Made by a program: the position numbers and the translations under genes. From positions 36,103-100,102 of the forward strand of contig CAZNEE010000002.1 of the NCBI GenBank assembly GCA_964572255.1: 64,000 nt of DNA, written 5' to 3'. The notes beneath the pieces were generated by a model. That model was not told the DNA's origin and did not search any database. It was given only the letters and a program-made list of their open reading frames with translations. Shown piece by piece: positions 37,512-44,339 of the stretch; position 1 is the first letter of the stretch; the number at the start of each line of letters is the position of its first letter. The stretch is from an uncultured Planctomycetia bacterium. Lineage in GTDB: Bacteria; Omnitrophota; Gorgyraeia; Tantalellales; Tantalellaceae.

Positions 37512-38156
37512 TTAACTCTCCGGCTTATACATGTTAATCCGCTCTTTAAATTCTTTGACTTTTGATCTCACATCCGGAGCTTGAACTATAGCTCGTATAC
37601 TGGCTATATTCTTTGCTCCTCTTTCCAGTACAAGATCTATATTATCCAGATCTATGCCTCCTATAAAAATCACCGGCTTATTCGAAGTAGCTGCCGCTTT
37701 TTCTATATTTTCCGTGCCGATAGAATAATCTTTTGTTAAAGTGCTGAATATAGGGCCGAATGCTATATAGTTACAGTTATTTTTCTCTGCCCTTTGCAAT
37801 TCTTCAAGCGAATGTGTTGAAACCCCTATTAATTTATCCTCCCCGATGATCTTTCGTGTCTCATCCAGGGGAAATCTTTCCATATCTTCCTGCCCGAGAT
37901 GAACTCCGTCAGCATCAACTGCTTTTGCCAGATGCGGATCATCGTTGACAATGAATATAATATTATTTTTCCTGCACAATGCTGCCAACTTCCTGCCTAA
38001 CGAGATCAATTCTTCCCGGGAAGCATGTTTTTCCCTCATCTGCAGGATATCAATGCCGCCGGCGATCGCCTCTTCAACGATCTCATATGTACTCCTGCCG
38101 TTCGCATATTCTGCACTTGTCACTAAATATAAGCTGTAATCCTTAATTTTCTTCAT
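37512..38156 (-). CDS. thiE: Thiamine-phosphate synthase ThiE.
   Basis: LYLVTS, ILQMREK and DGVHLGQED motifs. Confidence 0.9.
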   Translation of the reverse strand: MKKIKDYSLYLVTSAEYANGRSTYEIVEEAIAGGIDILQMREKHASREELISLGRKLAALCRKNNIIFIVNDDPHLAKAVDADGVHLGQEDMERFPLDETRKIIGEDKLIGVSTHSLEELQRAEKNNCNYIAFGPIFSTLTKDYSIGTENIEKAAATSNKPVIFIGGIDLDNIDLVLERGAKNIASIRAIVQAPDVRSKVKEFKERINMYKPES

Positions 38157-38162
38157 CTTTAA

Positions 38163-38196
38163 ATAAAAAACCCATGCAAGCGCATGGGTTTAAATA
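38163..38196 (-). terminator. Intrinsic terminator that forms the expression platform of the TPP riboswitch.
   Basis: Minus-strand RNA CCCAUGC-GCUU-GCAUGGG followed by UUUUUUAUUU. It lies directly between the aptamer and the thiE ATG. Confidence 0.7.
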
Positions 38197-38199
38197 CTT

Positions 38200-38300
38200 T
38201 TTCTATCTCCCTACGCTGGCATTACCCAGATCAGGTTATACAGGTCTTCCGCTCGAGCGGAACTCTCAGGGCGTCGCACGCCCTCCCTGGATAAATATGT
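38200..38300 (-). promoter_or_regulatory. TPP (THI-box) riboswitch aptamer upstream of thiE-thiS-thiG-thiH-thiF.
   Basis: The minus-strand RNA contains the canonical CUGAGA motif, and ACCUGAUCUGGGUAAUGCCAGCGUAGGGA, which matches the THI-element consensus. Confidence 0.9.
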
Positions 38301-38307
38301 CAGCTAA

Positions 38308-38336
38308 AATTATACAAAAGTTGACAATTATGGTCA
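38308..38336 (-). promoter_or_regulatory. Sigma70-type promoter driving the TPP riboswitch / thi operon.
   Basis: Minus strand: TTGACC-17 nt-TATAAT, about 10 nt upstream of the aptamer 5' end. Confidence 0.55.
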
Positions 38337-38615
38337 ACTATATTTTACGGAAAAGGTATCGTATTCACCTTTGTATCTTTCATTCTTTACATCAACATCT
38401 TCGACTCGTGCCGAAGGAGGTCCTTTGTAGCACCATTCTACCATTCTATCAACATCTTTCTTCTCGCCTTCAAACACGGCCTCAACGTTGCCGTCCCACC
38501 GGTTCATGACCCAACCGGTCAATCCTAAGCTGCGCGCCATCTCCTGGGTATATGACCTGAAAAAGACACCTTGCACCATCCCTGAAATTACAACATGCGC
38601 CCTAGCGTCTTTCAT
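38334..38615 (-). CDS. acyP: Acylphosphatase.
   Basis: VISGMVQGVFFR signature and GWV.N...G.VE motifs. 93 aa. Confidence 0.85.
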   Translation of the reverse strand: MKDARAHVVISGMVQGVFFRSYTQEMARSLGLTGWVMNRWDGNVEAVFEGEKKDVDRMVEWCYKGPPSARVEDVDVKNERYKGEYDTFSVKYS

Positions 38616-38623
38616 GCAAATCC

Positions 38624-39172
38624 TTATTTATGCTTTTCCGAAACACTTATATATCCTTTTGGGATATATTTAGTAAGAAAAAGTTTGCCTTCTTTATAAA
38701 AAACTATTCCCTCGGAAGCCGCTTTTCGCGCCATGATCCGGAGTATAACAGGTTCTTCCGTGTGCCTCGACCCTACGGCGTAAGCGTCTTGTTCATTTAC
38801 GCTTAAATGGACGAACTGCCTGTCCATGGGACTCAACCCTTCTTCGATGATCTTCCCGGCGCTTTCTTTTGATGTGCCGTGATAAAGTATCTCCGGCGGC
38901 TCTACGCTTTCCGATCTTGGAACAACATTGATAGAATGCCCGTAAGTCGCCCTTATCCTGCTTCCTGAGATCTCAAAGCGCCCTTTAGGGTCGTCCTTTA
39001 CCAATTCAAAAAGATCTTCCTTCTTAAAATTTTTAAAGCGGGGCTTAAGGATGTTTATAACAGAATCGACTTCCGCGTACCCATTTTTATCAATGGACAA
39101 ATCGTACTTATCCGGCGAATGCCGTAATATGAACGATAAAAACTTGCTGAGCCTGATCCTGTAAACTCCCAT
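38624..39172 (-). CDS. kptA: RNA 2'-phosphotransferase (Tpt1/KptA).
   Basis: LSKFLSFILRH and HGT motifs. 182 aa. Confidence 0.8.
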   Translation of the reverse strand: MGVYRIRLSKFLSFILRHSPDKYDLSIDKNGYAEVDSVINILKPRFKNFKKEDLFELVKDDPKGRFEISGSRIRATYGHSINVVPRSESVEPPEILYHGTSKESAGKIIEEGLSPMDRQFVHLSVNEQDAYAVGSRHTEEPVILRIMARKAASEGIVFYKEGKLFLTKYIPKGYISVSEKHK

Positions 39173-39212
39173 AAGTAAATTTGAAGATGATGCGGGTCGG
39201 AACGAAGTTTAC

Positions 39213-40388
39213 CTATTCTGCCTTAACATTTGTTTCTTGGTCCTTTAACGCTTCCTCAAGCTGCTCTTTTGTCAAATATCCCAGCTCTTTGAGAGCCTCA
39301 CCTACAGTAATGCCTTTCTTCCAATGTATTTTTAACGCTTCATCGAGCTGATGGGTCGTGATCATCTTCTTTTTAAGAAGTATCTGCCCGATCGGCTGAT
39401 AATAATCGAACATCTCTTCTTCGACCTGAAAACGCTGTAATTTCAGCGCTTCATCGTCCGTGACCGCGCGCCTATCGGCCATGTACTTGCTCCCGGGCAT
39501 CGTTTTGAGATATTTTTTCACCTCGGCGATGCTCTCGTTTATTTCAATGATGTTCTTATATTCACAAAGCTCATTTTGTATAACAAGGGCTACCGTAACG
39601 CTCATGAGAGGATGTTTCTTCATTTTGCGTGCTCTGTCTTCCGCCTTGATAAAACCCCTCATCCTCTCTTCTTTCGAATAATAAAACGGGATCACCGTAT
39701 CGAACATACATATAAAACTTCGGCATATTTGCTGGTACCTTTCGGGCGAGGTAATGAAAACAAAGTCATCCCCACCGATATGGCCTATGAAATCGCTTTT
39801 CTCGCCGCATCCTCTTACTGCCGTGGACAGCATATGAGCTGTCTGCATTATCACCCTGTCGCCCTGCAAATAACCAAATACATCATTGAAAGATTTGAAA
39901 TTATCTATATCCGCATGTCCTACCACGAACGGCTTCTTCTCATCTATCCTTTCTTTCAATACCTCTTCGATAAGTTTGCCCCCGGGAAGACCGGTCAGCG
40001 GGCTTGCGTAAAAACAGTATTTCGACCTTTTTGCCGCCATTTCTATTCTTACCCTTAGGTCCAGAACATCCACCGGTTTAAGCAGGTAATCATCGATCCC
40101 GTGTTTCAGGTCAAGAAGCTTCTTCAGTATATCGCTATGGGCAATGATCGTGATCACGGGAATATGCGCCGTGATAAAATCATGTTTAAGTAAACGGCAT
40201 ATCTCGAAGCGCTTTTCTTCCCCGGCTTCAACATCAACAACAATGATATCCGGGGATATTTTAATGATCTTCTTCTGGTCGGGTTCCGTGAAACTTTCAA
40301 AAATGGTATGATATCCCCATTTTTCAAGATGCGGAAAGATGCTTTCCTTCAATTTTTCATCTGAGGATACAAGTAGGATTCGTTTCAT
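39213..40388 (-). CDS. Response regulator: REC domain, a degenerate GGDEF domain (GGDDF), and a C-terminal MshEN/T2SSE_N-like domain.
   Basis: REC with an Asp in DIIVVDVE and KP in LLKPVD. GGDEF fold with HIGGDDFVFI. The C-terminus PIGQILLKKKMITTHQLDEALKIHWKKGITVGEALKELGYLTKEQLEEAL resembles the tandem MshEN c-di-GMP-binding motif. Confidence 0.65.
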   Translation of the reverse strand: MKRILLVSSDEKLKESIFPHLEKWGYHTIFESFTEPDQKKIIKISPDIIVVDVEAGEEKRFEICRLLKHDFITAHIPVITIIAHSDILKKLLDLKHGIDDYLLKPVDVLDLRVRIEMAAKRSKYCFYASPLTGLPGGKLIEEVLKERIDEKKPFVVGHADIDNFKSFNDVFGYLQGDRVIMQTAHMLSTAVRGCGEKSDFIGHIGGDDFVFITSPERYQQICRSFICMFDTVIPFYYSKEERMRGFIKAEDRARKMKKHPLMSVTVALVIQNELCEYKNIIEINESIAEVKKYLKTMPGSKYMADRRAVTDDEALKLQRFQVEEEMFDYYQPIGQILLKKKMITTHQLDEALKIHWKKGITVGEALKELGYLTKEQLEEALKDQETNVKAE

Positions 40389-40446
40389 TAAATATATTAT
40401 AGACTATAAATCCTGATATGACAAATAGAGAGAGCATTGTTGTGCA

Positions 40447-40524
40447 TTTAAGGGCTATGCAGACTTCCGTACAGGGAGGATCCACACCGGGCGGAGGGGC
40501 CCTGGTAGGAAGTATGCATAGCCC
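40447..40524. other. 78-nt GC-rich extended hairpin in the intergenic region (possible structured RNA or terminator).
   Basis: GGGCTATGCA...TGCATAGCCC: a perfect 10-bp outer stem with inner helices (GACTTCC/GGAAGT, CAGGG/CCCTG). It is followed on the plus strand by CTTTATT. Confidence 0.4.
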
Positions 40525-40584
40525 TTTATTGCAGGATCATTCCTGGGAAAATATACATATCTCTTTATTGCGAAATAAGCGTCT

Positions 40585-41211
40585 TTATTGACCAAGCACA
40601 AGTTTAATAAAAAGAAGCACCAGGCTCATCATTAAACGTATGACCGGATCCAATAAACCGGTAAAAAGAAGGACTATAAGTATAGGAATTCCGTAAGGTT
40701 CCAGGCGCATGATAGGCACCTGAGCCCTTTTGGGCAAAAAGCCCATAAGTAATTTTGACCCGTCCAGGGGCGGTATCGGAATGAGATTGAACGCTCCGAG
40801 AATGATATTTATCCTTGCCACGATCAAAAGTATCGATGAAATGAAAGGATTCGCGTGAGCAAACTGGAACTGCATCAGAAAAAGCGCTATTGTGGCGATA
40901 ATGATATTCACAAAACATCCCGCGAATGACACGACTATAAGCGCCGGACGAAAAGGCCGCAGTCTCAGGAAGTTCACGGGAACAGGTTTTGCCCAGCCGA
41001 AACCTATGATAAACACCATAAGAGTTCCCACGGGATCGATGTGTCTGAAGGGATTAAGCGTCAGCCGGCCGGCCCGTTTGGCGGTATCGTCGCCGAAAAA
41101 ATACGCCGCAACACCGTGAGCCATTTCATGCGCTATCACAGAATAGATCAAAAGCGCGCTTAAGGTAAAGAACGCTACAGGATTTTTAAAAAGAAGCTGG
41201 ATAAGTCCCAT
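40585..41211 (-). CDS. Site-2-protease-family (peptidase M50) membrane metalloprotease.
   Basis: HExxH in a TM helix (IAHEMAHGVAAY), NPFRHIDPVGT, and a downstream LDG motif. Start set at Met 41211 (MGLIQLL) adjacent to the malic enzyme stop. Confidence 0.8.
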   Translation of the reverse strand: MGLIQLLFKNPVAFFTLSALLIYSVIAHEMAHGVAAYFFGDDTAKRAGRLTLNPFRHIDPVGTLMVFIIGFGWAKPVPVNFLRLRPFRPALIVVSFAGCFVNIIIATIALFLMQFQFAHANPFISSILLIVARINIILGAFNLIPIPPLDGSKLLMGFLPKRAQVPIMRLEPYGIPILIVLLFTGLLDPVIRLMMSLVLLFIKLVLGQ

Positions 41212-41213
41212 GA

Positions 41214-42470
41214 TCAGATTTTTTTGTTTTGACGGGCAACTCCCTCTTTTACGGCAGCTTCCGCGACAGCTTTTCCCTCCCACTCTTTTATTCTGGGGTC
41301 AAAAGGTGTCGGTATCAGATACTCCGGACCGAACTCGAAATTTCTGCCGTAAGCGTCTTTTACTTTTTTCGGGACATTGCCTTCCCTGGCAAGATTCGCC
41401 AAGCCTTCGGCCGCCGCTATCTTCATGCCCATGGTTATGGTGTGTGCACGCACATCCAATGCCCCCCTGAAAATGAACGGGAACCCAAGGACATTGTTCA
41501 CCTGGTTCGGGTAATCGGATCTGCCGGTTGCCATTACATACCTGCGCCCCTTCATGCACTCGTGGACTTTCTCAGGGCTTATCTCCGGTACCGGATTTGC
41601 CATCGCGAAAATAGCGGGATATTCCGCCATGGACAGGACCATCTCCGGCGTTACACAATCCGCTACCGATACGCCGATAAAAACATTCGCGCCTTTCATG
41701 GCATCCGTAAGAGTCCTTTTTTTTGTGCGGGCGGCATGTTTACGTTTATGCCCGTTAATGCCGTCTCTATCGGAATGGATAACGCCTTTTGAATCGCAAA
41801 TTATCACGTCTTGCGCGCCTTCAGCTTTTATCATGTCCGCTATCCTGAGTCCCGCCGCCCCCGCGCCATTGATGACAACAGAAAGGTCTCGGGCTTTTTT
41901 CCCGATAAGAACGCAATAATTTTTCAAAGCCGCAAGTGTGATTATTGCCGTCCCCCACTGATCATCATGAAATACGGGTATATCAAGGATCTCGTCTAAA
42001 CGATCCTCTATCTGGAAACACGCAGGAGCCGCGATATCTTCCAAATTGATGCCGCCGTACATGCAGGCGATCTTTACCGTGGCGTCTATAAATTTGTCCA
42101 CATCGGTGCGGCCGTCTTTATTCAACACTCCCTCTATGGGAACAGGCCACGCATCAACCCCCGCAAATGCCTTGAAAAGAACGGCTTTACCCTCCATAAC
42201 GGGTATCGCCGCTTTAGCGCCGATATTGCCCAGCCCGAGAACAGCAGTTCCATCCGTGACTACAGCGACAAGATTGCCCTTAGCGGTAAGAGACCAGACC
42301 TTATCTTCATCCTCCTGTATTTCCCTGCATATCTTAGCCACCTCAGGAGTATACGCGGTGCTTAGATCTTTCTGGGTCTCTAATTTCTTGCGGAGCTCTA
42401 ACCCGACCTTTCCGCCAAGATGATACCGGAGGACTTCCTCTTTTGTGATCGTGAATTTTTTGTCCGACAT
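41214..42470 (-). CDS. maeA: NAD(P)-dependent malic enzyme (short form).
   Basis: VVTDGTAVLGLGNIG motif and the Rossmann motif VINGAGAAG. 418 aa. Confidence 0.9.
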   Translation of the reverse strand: MSDKKFTITKEEVLRYHLGGKVGLELRKKLETQKDLSTAYTPEVAKICREIQEDEDKVWSLTAKGNLVAVVTDGTAVLGLGNIGAKAAIPVMEGKAVLFKAFAGVDAWPVPIEGVLNKDGRTDVDKFIDATVKIACMYGGINLEDIAAPACFQIEDRLDEILDIPVFHDDQWGTAIITLAALKNYCVLIGKKARDLSVVINGAGAAGLRIADMIKAEGAQDVIICDSKGVIHSDRDGINGHKRKHAARTKKRTLTDAMKGANVFIGVSVADCVTPEMVLSMAEYPAIFAMANPVPEISPEKVHECMKGRRYVMATGRSDYPNQVNNVLGFPFIFRGALDVRAHTITMGMKIAAAEGLANLAREGNVPKKVKDAYGRNFEFGPEYLIPTPFDPRIKEWEGKAVAEAAVKEGVARQNKKI

Positions 42471-42495
42471 CTTTATCTCTGCCTGATATTGTTTT

Positions 42496-42759
42496 TTATC
42501 TATACGCGCAACGCGGTCTTAATGAACCTTTGGCGATATGTTCACGTATCGATACGCACTGAAATTCTTTCCCCGAAACGGTCTTTTGCGGGCCTAACCT
42601 GTTTTTGTAATCTTCGCAAAAATAAGTTCCATCTTCCAGTTTGATAAGATTCCGGCAGGGGTCGTCATAAGCGCCGCAGCAATCCCCGCATCTGGTGCAA
42701 AGCGATTCGAAGTTCTCTTCTTTCCGGTGCAAATAAGTTTCGTACTTTACAGATCCCAT
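42496..42759 (-). CDS. YkgJ/UPF0153-family Cys-rich Zn/Fe-binding protein.
   Basis: CTRCGDCCGAYDDPC motif (CxxCGxCC). Confidence 0.6.
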   Translation of the reverse strand: MGSVKYETYLHRKEENFESLCTRCGDCCGAYDDPCRNLIKLEDGTYFCEDYKNRLGPQKTVSGKEFQCVSIREHIAKGSLRPRCAYR

Positions 42760-42852
42760 ATTTTGGCCTATTTTTTCGGTTTTATCCAGCTTGCAGAAAA
42801 AAGGGCCAGAACCCCTTGCTCTGCCCCTTCTCTTATAAACTATCCTCTTTTA

Positions 42853-43074
42853 TCATTTCCTTTTAATAAGCTCTCTCACGATATATCCGACAAAAACGAT
42901 TATGTAGAAGATCAATAGAAGAAATAAAACAGCGACAATGAACGAAAGCACTATTGAGCTGATGCCGACGATCACAGGCCATGTTAATAAAATAATGCCG
43001 AATATGATCAAAGAAAGAAATATTACTACGAGTCCTGTTAAAAAGTTTTTTAGTGTGTCCATTTTATCCCTCAT
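42853..43074 (-). CDS. Small two-TM membrane protein (73 aa).
   Basis: ORF track: two long hydrophobic helices and a basic C-terminus. Confidence 0.4.
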   Translation of the reverse strand: MRDKMDTLKNFLTGLVVIFLSLIIFGIILLTWPVIVGISSIVLSFIVAVLFLLLIFYIIVFVGYIVRELIKRK

Positions 43075-43080
43075 TTAGGT

Positions 43081-43497
43081 TTAAGAACCTGAGACCAGCG
43101 CCTTGATCTGATCTTGCGTCATATCCTTTTTACGCAGAAAAGCTACGCCTATATCATAGGATTGACCGGGTTCGCCTTCCGCGATCCTTACGACCTTGCC
43201 AAAAATACCGCCTTCATGTATTACAAGATCATTCTCTATCTCGCTGCATATGCTCATCATCTTGGGGTCGAGTTCTATCCAGATAATGCTGGATAAAGCC
43301 GGCGGCAGACTTGTTGTTCTGAACATGATGCCGCACGCGCTGACATTTTTGGTAATGACTTCACTTTTTTGCGCGAGTTTATCGCCTTTAAGTTCCTTGA
43401 AATTCAGGCTCTTCTCGTAATCCACTCTTAAAAACTCGCGTCTTTCTTCAAATTCGGCATGCATATTTAGTTCCTTTCTTTTTTTATTACCAGACAA
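43081..43497 (-). CDS. PilZ-domain protein (putative c-di-GMP receptor).
   Basis: RxxxR (RREFLR) and (D/N)xSxxG (NVSACG) signature motifs with the correct spacing. Confidence 0.7.
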   Translation of the reverse strand: MSGNKKRKELNMHAEFEERREFLRVDYEKSLNFKELKGDKLAQKSEVITKNVSACGIMFRTTSLPPALSSIIWIELDPKMMSICSEIENDLVIHEGGIFGKVVRIAEGEPGQSYDIGVAFLRKKDMTQDQIKALVSGS

Positions 43498-43499
43498 TA

Positions 43500-44339
43500 T
43501 TATAGATTATTTCTGGCAAAATTTACACCATTTTCGAAAATTTTAAGTCCGATCCCCATACCTTTAGCATCCGGCGAATAACGGCGCCAGTTTGGATGCT
43601 GGAGATATGTGATGTGTCTTTCCGGATGAGGCATCATGCCCAATATTCTGCCGGTCCTGTCGCATATACCTGCGATGTCATATACGGAACCGTTCGGATT
43701 TTCCGGATATTCCGCCCTCTCCCCGTCTTTATTACAATACCTGAACACGATATGTCCGTTATCTTTTAGCGATTTCAAAACCGATGCATCCTTGGGGATA
43801 AACTTGCCTTCCGCATGGGCTACCGGTATATATATGACCTCCGGAAGGCTGCGTGTCCAGACACATTTTTGTGAAGCCGTTTCCAGCACTTCGTGCTCTG
43901 AAACAGCTTCGATCGGGTTTGTCTTAAGGTAAACCCAACGGTCTTCGAACTTTCCTGAATCATTTAAACTCAGCGTTGAATTCACTTCAAAATCTACTTT
44001 TTTCCCCATCCCCGGCAGGAGCCCCATCTTGACAAGTACCTGGAATCCGTTGCATATACCGATTATCAGCTTGCCCTGACGTATAAACTTTTTAAGGCTC
44101 CCTCCCATGCTGTGCTTTATTTCATTTGCCAGTATCTTGCCGCTTGCTATGTCATCACCGTAGGTGAAACCTCCGGGGATCGCGATTATGTGATACTTTA
44201 AGATCTCTTCCGGCTTTTTTATGAGACTATTTACGTGCACAAGATCCGCTTCCGACCCGGCTTTTGTGAAAGCAAAGGCCGTCTCTTTATCGCAGTTAGT
44301 TCCCGCTGTCCTTAAAATAAGCGTTTTAACCTTCTTCAT
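43500..44339 (-). CDS. purQ: Phosphoribosylformylglycinamidine synthase glutaminase subunit PurQ.
   Basis: Class-I GATase Cys in GICNGFQ and the His/Glu dyad region HPE. Sits downstream of purL. Confidence 0.85.
   Translation of the reverse strand: MKKVKTLILRTAGTNCDKETAFAFTKAGSEADLVHVNSLIKKPEEILKYHIIAIPGGFTYGDDIASGKILANEIKHSMGGSLKKFIRQGKLIIGICNGFQVLVKMGLLPGMGKKVDFEVNSTLSLNDSGKFEDRWVYLKTNPIEAVSEHEVLETASQKCVWTRSLPEVIYIPVAHAEGKFIPKDASVLKSLKDNGHIVFRYCNKDGERAEYPENPNGSVYDIAGICDRTGRILGMMPHPERHITYLQHPNWRRYSPDAKGMGIGLKIFENGVNFARNNL

Noticed and set aside
40447-40524. Assignment of the GC-rich hairpin to a known riboswitch class (c-di-GMP-I/II, ZTP, fluoride)
   Set aside because: A by-eye comparison with the consensus sequences of these classes shows no match to their conserved cores. 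It is kept only as an unclassified structured element.
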